Shown here: piece by piece, positions 12,500 to 24,709 of the stretch | How the letters are laid out: every line of letters begins with the position of its first letter | How positions within the stretch are numbered: the first letter of the stretch is position 1 | Source: the human T2T-CHM13v2.0 reference genome, Homo sapiens | Length of the DNA: 64,000 bases | Reading direction: 5' to 3' (one strand) | Assembly (NCBI RefSeq): GCF_009914755.1 | Contig: NC_060928.1 | The notes under the pieces: model-generated | What the model was told of the DNA's origin: nothing | The model's database searches: none | The model's input: only the letters and a program-made list of their open reading frames with translations | Program-made: the position numbers and the translations under genes

Positions 12500-13116
12500 T
12501 GTACTAGCTTTCTGTTGGTGCTGAAACAAGTTACTGTAAACAGCAGCTTTAAAAACAAAAAAACAAACAAACAAAAAAACGCAAATTCATTATCTCACAG
12601 CTCTGTAGGCCAGAAATCCAGGTCTGCTCAATTAGTTTCTCTGCTTCAGATTTTCTAAGGCCAAAACCAAGGTGTCAGCCAGTTGAGCTCTATCTAATCA
12701 GGAGGTTCTAGGAAGAAAGCACTTGTAGGCTCCATGATATTTAGTTGTAGGACTGTGTTTCCGGTTTCTCTACTGGCTTTCAGCCAGGTGGCCTTACTCT
12801 TAGAGGCTGTTTGCATTTTTTTCTCCTGCTTTCTATGTGCCCCTCTCCAACAACACAGCTCAGGTCCCTCCCACCCTTCGAATCTCTGACTTCCCCTTCT
12901 GCTCTTGATGCACACCAGCTGAAGAAAGTTCTTTGCCTTTAAAGGGTCAATTGATCAGATTGTGTCCACATTGATAGCCCAAGATATTCTCCCTATCTTA
13001 AATTCTATCAGCTTTATTACATATGCAAAGTCCTTTTTACCTGTAACACAACAATTCACAGGAACCAGGAATTAGAGTGTGGACATATTTGGAGAGCTAT
13101 TATTCTGCTTGTCACA
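12500..13116 (-). mobile_element. MLT1 (D/E-like) MaLR LTR
   Basis: TGTACTAGCTTTCTG...ATTATCTCACAGCTCTGTAGGCCAGAAATCC...ATTCTGCTTGTCACA. Confidence 0.75.
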
Positions 13117-13567
13117 GCAGTCTCATCTGACAATGTTGAGTGTGACTTTAAAAGAACGTGCAACCCTCTTTTTGCCTTATTTCTAAGGGTTGGCTAATTT
13201 TTTTTTCATAACTTCCTGGGGGTATTGTGAAGACTAAATGCATTAACCCATATAACATGCTTAGAATAAGTCTTGGTGTTGTATGATCATTAACCTTTCT
13301 GTATCTACAAGCTGTTAGGTTGGAATAGTAATGGTTTATTCAGTATGAGGTTGTTGTGAGATTTAAAATGTTAATATATTAAGAACATATTACAGTGCTC
13401 TACCCATAAAAATGGCTCAGAATTCCTTTGGTCTTGGTAAAGAACCAAAAGTGGCATGCTGGCAAACAGTGTTCCTGCCTGCTAGAGGGTAGAAGAAAGA
13501 AGTTCCAATACTTCTCCTCTCCGCCCACCCTCTGGTGTCCTATATTCTAGTCACACTACAGGGATGA

Positions 13568-13970
13568 TACTACAGTCTGAAAGTTTGTGCCATCAAAATT
13601 CATGCGTTGAAGCCCTAACCCCCAGTGACTACATTTGGAGATAGGGCCTAACTTAAAGTAGTTAAGGTTAAACAGGATCATAAGAGTAAGGCCCTGATCC
13701 AATAGGATTAATGTCTTTATAAGAAAGGAATGAGACACCAGAGTTCACGCTTTCCTTCTCCTCAAGCACTGAGGAAAGGTCATGTGAGGACACAGTGAGA
13801 AGGTGGCTGTCTGCAAGACAGGAAAAGAGCTCTCACCAGCAACCAAATTGGCCAGCACCAAGATCAAGATCTTGGACTTCCCAACCTCCAGAAAGGTGAC
13901 AAATAAATTTCTGTTGTTTAGTCTACCCACTCTATGGTACTTTGTCATGGCAACACAGGCTGAATAAAAC
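13568..13970 (+). mobile_element. MLT1A/B MaLR LTR
   Basis: AAAATTCATGCGTTGAAGCCCTAACCCCC...GATCTTGGACTTCCCAACCTCCAGAA...AATAAATTTCTGTTGTTTA. Confidence 0.85.
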
Positions 13971-16129
13971 CAAACCCACAAAGCCTCAATGAGGATGACT
14001 CAGAGTGAACGCTACCCTCCCTCAATGAGCTGTTGCTCTCCAGTGAAATGTCTTATGCTCCCTCCCACAGAACACGAGGAAAATGGGAATCTGCTCCACT
14101 GCAGGCCAGAGAGGACACAGGGAATAAAGACGAGCAGAATAATGCCTTGTGTATTTCTTCCCATGGAAGCCAAAATCCGCCATTACAGGTTTAAAGTCAT
14201 CTTCTTTGTATATAGCCTTTTGAGGTTAACATAAGGGGCAAAGGGCAGATTTTTATTGGCATAGTGTTAAAACCTAAGCTGAAGCCATCTTTTAATCTTG
14301 ATTTTGGCCTTGTCTGTGAAGCCTTTCCATCTTTAGTGTGCCTGAAACACCCCACTGGGACTTCCAGCCACTGCAACTCTCTCACTTCATTGTACTCATT
14401 TTTGTTGCAGATGCAAATCAAAAGACATGAATCCATGTATGCAATAAATGTGCCTTTCTCTTGTAGAATTCTATGTAGTTTTTATTCAAAGCCCCTATTC
14501 ACACCATGAGGCTCATATCAGTCAATATAGGATTCCTTACCCCTCTCTGCCTGGTGTCTTAAGCACAACTTGAGTTTCACATTGAACCAAGGCTATAGAG
14601 ACTATGTAAGGCTGGGAGGGTAGCAGGATAGGTGGCCTTTGACTGCCACCTAACCACACCTCCTCAGCTGGCATGTTCAGCAACCAAGTTCATTCTCAGT
14701 AGTTTTTCCTGCAGGACCCCCCTTAGCCATCAGTAGTTCCTCCTAAGAGTGACTTTCGTGTAAGTCTGTGCTATCCTGAGCATATAGAATCAGTTTACAA
14801 TTCCTCAGCCACACTGGCTCTAGGTCTCTTCAGAGTTATCTGAGACCCATCTTCCAGGGAACCCCTTGTAGCTGGTTTTACTTGACTCATGAACCATTTT
14901 CTGGAAACACTCTCCAAGCACTAGTATATCCATGCACACAGCCCTCAACACCCCTTGCTTCTTCTCCTTAGAATGTAGTCAGCCAAGCCCTGCTTTCCTG
15001 GCCCAGAAAGGTGAGTGCTCCAAGACTGGTCACATGGATAATCACTTAAAACTAATTCCTCAATTGTGTCAGAGAGATAGCCCCCAAACATCTGGTTCAG
15101 ATAATCCTCCCCTCACCCCAGCCTGAAACGTTCCACCGAATGTTGCAAAGAAAAAAATACAACCTGTGCATCATTGCAACTGGTTGGTGACCCAACTCTG
15201 CAGGCTGACACCTGGGAACAAATCCACACCGGGAAGGAAGATCTGATTTCAGTGTGTTCATTTCCATGATTCAGGAATAAACTCTTCTCTCACCTCCAAT
15301 ATCCCCATAACCTTGAGAGAAGAATGTCACCCTGAAAACAGACATAAACCTTAAGGGATGATGCCACCAGGGAGGCTGCCCCAGGGCTTTGTAATATGAG
15401 CACTTAACATCTTTCAAGTGATCTCTCCAAGGCACCTGGCTCCATTTATTTATTCTTGTGTTTCAAACCTTTATTGGGACTCCCAGTGCATGCCAGGCTA
15501 GACCCAGAGTGACAAAGAGTAAGCATTTCAGAGAAAATCTAAAAGAGCACTTACTACAACCTCCTGTTGTTACAGATTCATCCTGAGAGGGGAGGTTACG
15601 CACCTACAGCCATAAATTACTTAAGTAGCATAGCTAGGACTAGAAGAACCTAGTGTTGCTGACCATTCACATCCATGGGGAAACTAAGGCCTGAGGTTTG
15701 CAAGTACAGCTGACTGAGAGGTCAGCTTAGATGTACAGACTTTCTCTCTATCCTCTTCAAAACCACCATTAGCTTCCAGGACAAAGCAAAAAAAAATGTC
15801 AATTTTATTTTGTTCTGGGTGTTTTTGTAAGAAGGGCTTCTGAAAGCCATAAAAACTCCCTTAGTGCCAGAAAAGAGATCTTTGTTATTAGTCTGTTTGC
15901 TAGTCAACTGATCTTAAGATTTTCCAGAAGCTCCAGGGTATCTACTATGTTGAGATTTATCCAAGACTTATTGGCAGTTGTCACTTGACTTCTTTCATCA
16001 AGAAGGCTTCTGCCCATGAAGAGTTGCTTAGAAAGAACCTCAACATTAGGGGTGTTGTGCCCCTTGCATTCATTTTAATTCTCTGTGTTTACTCCAAACT
16101 CTATTACAGTTAATCATACACATGTCTAT

Positions 16130-16865
16130 TTCCTCTTGTGGATAGAGAGTGCTGTCCCTTCATCATTGTCCTGCTTCACTCCCACACCCCTCTTTTCACA
16201 TACCACTGCAACTACTTTCTATCTGATCTCTTGGTTTCCAACCACCACCAGTTATCAAAATGATCTTTGTAAAATGCAAAGCAACTCAAGTCTTCACCCC
16301 ACTCCATCCCTACTTAAGTGCTCCTCATGATCTCCTACGGCCAGAATTAATTCTGAAGAATTTAATTGGGAAGACCCTCCATTATCTTGCACCAAGCAGA
16401 TCTAACCAGCTTTATCTTCTAATAATTCCTACATCCTCCTCCTAACCCTGTGGATCAGTAAGACTAAACACCACACCATTCTCCAAAACCACCACCCTTT
16501 TTTGTATTATCATACCATGCCACATGGCCAGAAAGTCTTCCTTCCACACCATCACATAAAAATCTCCAAACCAACCTTCACCCAGTTTGACTGTCATCAT
16601 GTTAGTTAACTATTTCTCACTGCCCTTGGAAAGTGACTTACTTCCTCTATTCCTGTGATACTGTACCCATTTATCCACCATATTGCACATTGTTGGCTAA
16701 AGCAAACTGAGGGTTCTCAAAGAGTAGGAACTAGGTGTTGTTCATTAGTCATTACTTAGGTTCTTGATAAAATTCTTTTAATAAGTCAATGGCAAGACTT
16801 GCGCCATTAATCTTTCTATTCCTAATTCTTAACATAGTACCATGGCATACAGTAAACACTCAAAT
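16130..16865 (+). mobile_element. L2 fragments
   Basis: ATGATCTTTGTAAAATGCAAAG, AAGACCCTCCATTATCTTGC and a degenerate L2 3' end CATGGCATACAGTAAACACTCAA. Confidence 0.5.
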
Positions 16866-16879
16866 TACATGTAAAACAC

Positions 16880-17018
16880 AAAAGAAAGAGAGAGGAAGGA
16901 AGGAAGACAGAAAAGAAAATGGGAAGGGAAGGGAGGGGAGGGAAGGGAAGGGAAGGGAAGGGAAGGGAAGGGAAGGGAAGGGAAGGGAAGGGAAAAGAAA
17001 GGAAAGGAAAGGAGAGAA
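16880..17018 (+). repeat. Purine-rich tract with (GGGAA)11
   Basis: Perfect GGGAA x11 at 16940-16994. Confidence 0.95.
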
Positions 17019-17327
17019 GCCTGTTACCCAAGCTCACCTCTGAGTTCTTCCCTTCATTTCCACTCTCTGCCTGGGTCAGTAACACTACTTGTTCTTTGTG
17101 CAATTCCTTAACTTTGGGGTTCTCTGGATGAAGATGCTGAAGGCATATTTGTAGTACATGGCAAAAAATTTTCCTATATTCTCCCATTAAGAGCATCAGT
17201 AAATTAGATTAGTGGTTTTGACATTTTTCTGCCTGCTTGTTGACCTAATCCTCTAAATAGAGCCTCTATATTCCTTTCTCATGGCCCATCTCAGTGTTTA
17301 TAAGGTGGTAGAAGTTGTGGGACTTAC

Positions 17328-17459
17328 CTGTCGCTGGGCCAAGGTCAGAAAGAGCAAAGCACAGCTTTATTAGACCTTGGAAAAGTTCCCAATAGGAGGC
17401 TCCTTCTCACATACATAGGTTGTAACTGGTAAAATATCCTGTAGCAGCTTCTAACTCCA
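17328..17459 (-). other. Candidate exon (132 nt) of an unannotated or non-coding transcript
   Basis: Acceptor gtctgccttttcag|TGG and donor CAG|gtaagt; internal AATAAA. Splice signals only, no expression evidence. Confidence 0.3.
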
Positions 17460-18699
17460 CTGAAAAGGCAGACCACGGCCAGTAACCCTCACCTAATATA
17501 TCAATGTAAATCTTATTTCTATCACCTTTTATTCCTTACTCCTTTCTGTGCCCAAGCTGTATGAGGTCACTAGGAAATTGTTTGAGTTTCCTTCCCCCAG
17601 GATGGAGGAACTCACTTCACATTGCTTTTTTTTTTTTTTGCTACTTAGATTCACTACCAGGTGGGGATTAAAAGTTTTATGACAATGTTATGGCAGTATT
17701 GGAGGCTTCTAGAACCTGGGGTACCTTAAGAAGTTATTTGTCTGGGTTTCTCATTACAGTGGAGGACACAGAGGGTGTACAAGAGAATAAGTCCTCTGTT
17801 GTCATTAAGCAGAAGTAAACTGGCTAAAGAAGTACTCTGAAAACTGCTCCCCACATGGTTTTCCTCACTCTGGCACCAGAATCTTAACTGAAATAGACAG
17901 TTCTGTTAAAGCAGCTCAGGTGTCTCTAAAGAGCAATGCCTGGAGGGGTCTTAAACTCAGGATTTTATAATAACAGTTAATTTTAAAAGATTGACTTCCA
18001 TGCTTTACGTTGAAAACTAGCTACAGATCTCTCCATTGACAATCTAAGCTTGTATCCATTAAAAAAACAATCAATTTTAGTTCTTCCTTGCTAAGAAATG
18101 TTAGAAAGTTTCTAGCTGGACAGAGTAAAGAAAGACTCCCAGCTCTGGTCCACTCTGGATTTTTTGTCTTCCTCCAGGCTATGTTAATCCTCTTAGGGCC
18201 TCACATTGTTCTCTTCTCTCGTGATCTGCCACTTCCTTTCCTGAGTCAAGGTCATATTTTCAGCTTCAGCTTGTGCTTTTCTCTAAGCTTTTTTGCTGTG
18301 GTAATAAAAGGCTAGTTTTATATTTGACAACTTTTTGTAAAATGGTCAACCGAGGGAGGTCTAACATACAAATGGATTTGCTCCATTGGCTGGAAGCAGG
18401 GTGACTTGATATTTCCTGTGTAATGTTAATAAGCATTTGCCTTGTGTGGAGCAAGTCAGAATTTTTCCTATTTAACTATTTCATGCCTCTGCTCCCTGGA
18501 CTACATTAGCAGGGAGGAATGAGTCCTTGGGGAGCGGTTAGTACAATAGGTCTTCATTTCTAATATAGCTTGACCAGTTGCAATAAGGCTCCAGAAAAAA
18601 ATTTGCCTAAATTAAAAGAATGATTTCTCCTGGACAGAGATCTAAATCCCAAGTCTAATGAGGCTGAGTTCCTTTGAAGAACATTTAATCTGGGTAAGG

Positions 18700-18870
18700 A
18701 TATTAACTCCTTACACAAAAGACACTCAGCTAAATAGTTTACAATATTATTTCATTTAATTCTCACAACATCACAATGAGATAGACATTATTATTATTAC
18801 AAATAAAGATTATAAGGCTTAAAGAGATTAAGCTGTGCAATACTACACATATGTTAAGTGGCAGAATTAA
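18700..18870 (-). mobile_element. MIR
   Basis: TTATTTCATTTAATTCTCACAACA...AAGGCTTAAAGAGATTAAG...AAGTGGCAGA. Confidence 0.65.
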
Positions 18871-19161
18871 TTCCCTATACACATGTGGTTCTACAGGGAA
18901 AACTTAGCATTTAACCATTGTACCAAAATTCTGAGGCACCCATAGGCATGGATAGTGCTGAATCTCTATATTGCAATGGAAAACAAACCTATGCTTTAAA
19001 TGCAAGTCAGGGTATTTAGAACACACTGGCAGTTTCTGGACTGCCAGTTTAGGTGCCATCCTCTTAGAACTGGCTAGTAATCTCTTAAATACTTCCAAAT
19101 TTGATATCTCTGAGCTATTTATCTTCAGTCTTTCAAAGTCTCAACACTTTTGCAAGCTTAC

Positions 19162-19213
19162 CTCTTGATGAGGGTAGAGATGAAAGTAGAATGTGTTAGA
19201 CACCAGGGTTTAT
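19162..19213 (-). other. Candidate exon (52 nt)
   Basis: Acceptor cataacctctccttcccccttacag|ATA and donor GAG|gtaagc, both near consensus. Confidence 0.35.
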
Positions 19214-20790
19214 CTGTAAGGGGGAAGGAGAGGTTATGACTTGGGTGATTAAGTGGGGGTAGGGGGTGTATCCTGATGAAAGAAAATTGTGTCAGAAAAC
19301 TCAGCTGGATGTCTTCAAGATCTGAAGACACAAACATGTGAACCACTTTGCCTTTTACAAATTCCTTTTGCTTAAACCCATCTTGGCTTCCTATTTTCTA
19401 CTCTCTAATTATTCTCAGTCCCAACTCATTCCACTTTTCATACGGGATTCCATACTTCAGACTTATTTTATTCTGATTTTTTTTGGGCAGTGTTCCGTGT
19501 ATGCCTATTAAATCTAGTTGAATTTTAGCATTGATGAAGTAGTTTAGTCCCATACTGATCTTCTTCCCAATTGTCCTATTCAAATTGAGGCACTGAAGTC
19601 TCCAACTATTATTATTGATTTGCCTGTATCTTCCTTCAATTTTGTCAGTTTTTGTTTCATGTGTTGTGGGACACTGTTTTCAGGTTGATTTTAGTTATAT
19701 GTTTATAAGCATTATATCTTATGGTAAATTAACATTTTTATTAATATATAATGCCATTATTTGTATTTTGTAACAGGTTTTTACGTAAAGCCTTTTTGTC
19801 TGTTATTAATGTAGTCACTCAGCTCTCTTGGTTACTGTTTGGATGGTATAAATTTTTAAATTATTTTACTTTCAACCTATATACTTCTTTGAATTTAAAC
19901 GTGTCTTTTGTAGACACCATATATTTAGATAATTTTTATCCATTCTGAGGATCCCTGCCTTTTAAATGAAGTATTTAATACATTTACATTTAATGTATTT
20001 ACTGATAAGGTGTGATTTATGTATGCCATTTTGCTATTTGTTTTCCATTTCCTATGTCTTTTTTGTTTCTCTATCCTTAAATCATTGCATTCTTTTGTGT
20101 TAAGTAGGTATTTTTTTAGTCTGCTATTTTAATCCCCTTGTTTCTTTCACTCTTTTTTTTAAGTCATGTATTAGTGTTGTTCTGGTCATTACAGTATTGT
20201 ATTTTAACTTATAACAGTCTAGCTCAGATTAATATCAACCTAATTTCAATAGTATATAAAACTTTGTTCCCTCATCCCTCCTTTGTGCAGTTATTGTCAC
20301 ACAAATTGCCTTTATGTGTTGTACCACCATCAACATAGATTTATAATTATTGCTTTATACAATTGTCTTATAAATTATACAGAAGAAAAAATTTGCAAAC
20401 AAAAAAATACATTTATACTGTCTTTTATATTTACCTATTTAGTTACCTTTACTGATGTTATTTCTTTATGCAGATTTGAGTTACTCTCTAGTGTCATTTA
20501 TTTTGGCCTACAGCATTCCTTTAGTATTTGTTGTACAACAGGTCTGCTAGTGACACATTTTTTCAGTTTCTGTTTATCTTGTAATGTCTTAATTTCACCT
20601 TCAATTTTGGAGGATAGTTGTACTGGACACAGAATTCTTGGCTCACAGTATTATCTCTCATCACTTTGAATAAACATTCAATTAACTTCCAGAATCAGTT
20701 TCTGATGAGAATTTAGCCATTAATCCTACTGAGGGCCCCTTGTATGTGGCCATTCACTTTTCTCTTGCTGCTTTTAAGAGTCTTTGTCTT

Positions 20791-21126
<336 letters not shown>

Positions 21127-21214
21127 TCATTGAGCTTCTTGGGTGTCTACATTAATATATTTTTATCATATTTGGAAACTTTTCAACCACTATTTCTTCA
21201 AATATCCAATCCAC

Positions 21215-21580
21215 CCACTCTCCTTTCCCTTTTTCTCTCTCCTCCCCTTTCCTCTCCTCTACTCCCCTTTTTCTGCTGACACTTCTCATCCTTTTTCCTT
21301 TCTTTCTTTTTCTTTCTTTCTTCTTTTCCTTCTTCTCCTCCTCCTGTTTCTTCTTTTTCTTTTTTCTTCTTCTTCTTTTTCTTCTTTTTTCTTCTTCTTC
21401 TTTTTCTTCTTTCTTCTTCTTCTCCCTCTTCTCCATCTTCTTTCTCCTTCTACTTCTCATTCTTCTTCTTCTTCTCCTCCTCCTCCTCCCTCTCCTCCTC
21501 CTTCTTCTCCCTCTCCTCCTCCTCCTCCTTCTTCTTCTTCTTCCTCCCTCTCTCCCCCTCTCTCTCCCCATCCTCCTCTT
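21215..21580. repeat. Long pyrimidine (TTC/TCC/CT) low-complexity tract inside L1M ORF1
   Basis: About 360 bp of almost pure C/T. Confidence 0.95.
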
Positions 21581-22768
21581 TGAAGACTCCTATTATGTGT
21601 ATATTGGTATGCTTGATGGTATGCCACAGGTCTATCCAGCTCCTTTCATTTTTTGTTGCTGTGTTCCCTTTCTGTTTCTCAGACCAGATAATTTCAATTA
21701 CTTGCATTCAACTTGGTATATTCTTTCTCCCACCTGTTCAAGTGCCCCCACGGTGACTTTTTATTTCAGTTATTGCACTTTTCAACTCCATGTTTTTGGT
21801 TTGGCTGCTTTTTATCATTTTTATCTTTACTGATATTTTCAATTGGTTGAAAACTCATTCTTCAGCTCTCCTTTATTTCTTTAGACATGTTTTCCTTTAG
21901 CTCTTTGAATATACTTTAAATAGCTGATTTAAAGTCTTCATCTAGCAAGTCCAACATTTGAGCTTCCTCAAAGACAGTTTCTAGTGACTGCTTTTTCCTG
22001 TGTAAGAGTCATACTTTCTCGTTTCTGTGCATATCTCATAATTTCTGTCAAAACTGAACATTTTAGGTAATATGGCAATTCTGGATTCTACCCCCTGCCC
22101 CCAACCAGGGTTTGTTGTTTTTACTGTTATTGCTGTTGTTTGTTTAGTAATTTTTTGAACTAGTGCTGTAAAATCTGCATTCTTTTACATGTATCAACAC
22201 AGAAGTCTCTGCTTTGTTAACATAGTTGTCAATTGGACAGAGATGTCCTTAAGTGCCTGGAATCAATAAGCCCCCAAGTCTTTGACAAATGGCTCTACGT
22301 GCATATTGAACATGCCTTCAACATTTAGCTAGACAGTTAACTACTCTGCTTTAATTTTCAGTTTCCCCTAAGTGAAGCCTCAAAGTGAGACACTGGTGAG
22401 AGCTTAGAGCCTTCTCAAGCATTCCCTGAACGTTCATACATACCACAGCATGCACATGGCCTTCTAGATTCTCAGGAATGTGTCAAAGTTCTTCAGAGCC
22501 CTTTATGGACATCAATTTCAAGCATTTCCTGTTAAGCTATTATTTGCCCCAACTATTATTCACTACCACAGGCAGCCATAATCTAAACAAATGCTCTTAA
22601 TTGTTTTCAATAAATGACCCCAAGAAAAAAGCTATTCATACTAGATGATCTCTGAATCAGTTAAATAAGACTACTTTGAGAATGGGGTCTTCCAGGGAAC
22701 CACCAGGCAGGTCAAAAAAAATAACAAATTCTCCAGAAATAGGATTTTGAAAGAGTTCCAACCCTCTT

Positions 22769-22787
22769 TTGCCCCCTCTAGTGGCAA
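22769..22787 (-). promoter_or_regulatory. CTCF core motif
   Basis: Minus strand TTGCCACTAGAGGGGGCAA matches the CCASYAGRKGGCRS core. Confidence 0.55.
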
Positions 22788-23259
22788 CCAAGTCTCGAGT
22801 TTTTACTGTGGTCATAGTCTGTTGGTTTTCAAGGTTACCATGGAGCTGGAAATGAAGGGATGAGAATAGGAAAAATTAATACTGCACTGTTCATATCAGG
22901 TTTTTATACCAAAATTCAGCTGCTTTTCTTAAATGTTCCCTGAATTTTCCCCAAATCTTTTATTAATGTCTACAGTTTTTTAAAAAAGTTAATTCTGAAA
23001 ATTGTTGCCCTTGTTCTTATTGCTTTTATGGAGGAGAGGACTTTCAGAGGCCTTTATTCTACCACTTTCACTGATACCCAAACCAGACTTATTTTATGTC
23101 AGTGTTTCTTTGCTCTGTTTGACCCACTTAAGCTTCTGGCTGCTCTTTATACTCTTTTTTATTCCAATTTCTTCATTGCCCACTTTCAATCAAGACTTGT
23201 TTTTCCTATCTCAAGTTTTTCAAATATTTTTTGCTTCTACTGCTGTTGGCCTTAAGTAG

Positions 23260-23500
23260 GGGTTTTATCATCTGTTACCCAGATAACTTCAACAGTGTCC
23301 AAACAGGTCCCTTTGCAGCATGTCTTATTCTGTTCTAATCCATTCACCACCCCAGACACATTGATCATTTTGAAACATAAAACTGACTTCATCTTTTCTT
23401 ATGTAAGTCCTTCCATAGATTCACATTATCTCCAGAATAAAGCCCAATCCTGGTCATGGCAGAGTATACAAGGCCTGCTTGATTTGGCCCTAAATCTCCC
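23260..23500 (+). mobile_element. L2 fragment
   Basis: TGATCATTTTGAAACATAAAACTGAC...CAGAATAAAGCCCAA...AAGGCCTGCTTGATTTGGCCC. Confidence 0.6.
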
Positions 23501-23599
23501 CTCTGCCCTTGCAAATCTTAGCCCAGCCATACATATACGTGCAATTCCATATCAATTCTGCATAGTCTCATTAGTATTCTTGTCCCTTCTTCCCTTAGT

Positions 23600-23940
23600 G
23601 AATCAATCAATTAATTAATTTGGTACATATTTTCTAAGCATTTACTATGTGTCAGGCCCTATGGAAGGCACAAGATAAAAGAAAGTGAATAAGACCAACA
23701 AGGTTCTTCTTCCTGTGGATTTTATATACAGAGATGGAGACAAGTAAATAGATAAACAAACTGAATAATTACAGAATGCTGTAACTGCAATGCAGAGAGT
23801 AAATGGAATGATAGAAACAGGAGAAACTTGTTTATTAATCAGTGGGAAAAGAAAATTTCTCTCTAAAGAGGAAACATTTGAACTGAGACCTAAAGGATGA
23901 AAAGGAACCAATAAAGCAAAGACTCCCATGACAAAAGCCT
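23600..23940 (-). mobile_element. L2 3' end
   Basis: AAGCATTTACTATGTGTCAGGC...GAGGAAACATTTGAACTGAGACCTAAAGGATGA. Confidence 0.75.
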
Positions 23941-24049
23941 GAGACCAAAATTAAAATCAAAGTGGGACAAAGGCAGAGACTAAACGAAAGGCAGATAAAA
24001 ATAAAAGTAGAGAAAAGTTGTCCCAGAAACCCCCACACATTCCAATGAA

Positions 24050-24105
24050 CACATACACACACACATGCACACACACGCACACGCACACACACACATGCAC
24101 ACAAT
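24050..24105. repeat. Imperfect (CA)n
   Basis: Directly visible. Confidence 0.9.
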
Positions 24106-24709
24106 CCCACACATGCCACACTTAACTTAGATTCCTCAAGTGAGTAATTGCTGGATGCACCAGCTGACAGATGGGAAATCCTTGCACAGAGCTATGACAA
24201 GGGGAAGTCTGTGGGGAAAGGTGCTGTTATTTAGCTAGCCCACCCCTGCTGAGTGAGTCCAAAGTTTCCCTTGGATTCATTCCCACCTGAACTTCCACCC
24301 TCATGAGCTAAAAAGGCCTTTTACATGCATGTTTTATACAAAGAAAGAGATGAGGATTAAGTAGCAGCTGCTTAGGTTTGGGTGTAGAGAAGAAACACAT
24401 ACACATATATGCTTGGTTGTAAAATGATTATATTTTGAAACGAAACTTAAAACCTTCCAGCTACGCTTCTCAGAGTTGTGATCCAGCTAAGGAGTGTTGG
24501 GTAAGCAAAGCCCTTTATGGGAGATGGCAAGAGGAGTGAGAACGTGTTCCACAAAGAGAAGTGTTGATGGAGGAGGTGATAGACTCTTGCCACTGACTGA
24601 GTAACCAGCCCTTAGAAGCAGATCCTGCTGACGTTGGGGATTTCTTGTAGAAGTAGAACCATGGCCTAATGGTCCTGAGTAAATTCTTCCTGGTTCCAGT
24701 ACATTCTTC

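Noticed and set aside
13478-13540. CTCF-like motifs (CTGCTAGAGGGTAG; ACACCAGAGGGTGG on minus)
   Set aside because: They mismatch at key core positions and are much weaker than the 22769 site.
14400-14420. Sox-Oct composite near ATGCAAAT
   Set aside because: The spacing fits neither the canonical nor the FGF4-type composite, and a lone octamer is expected by chance.
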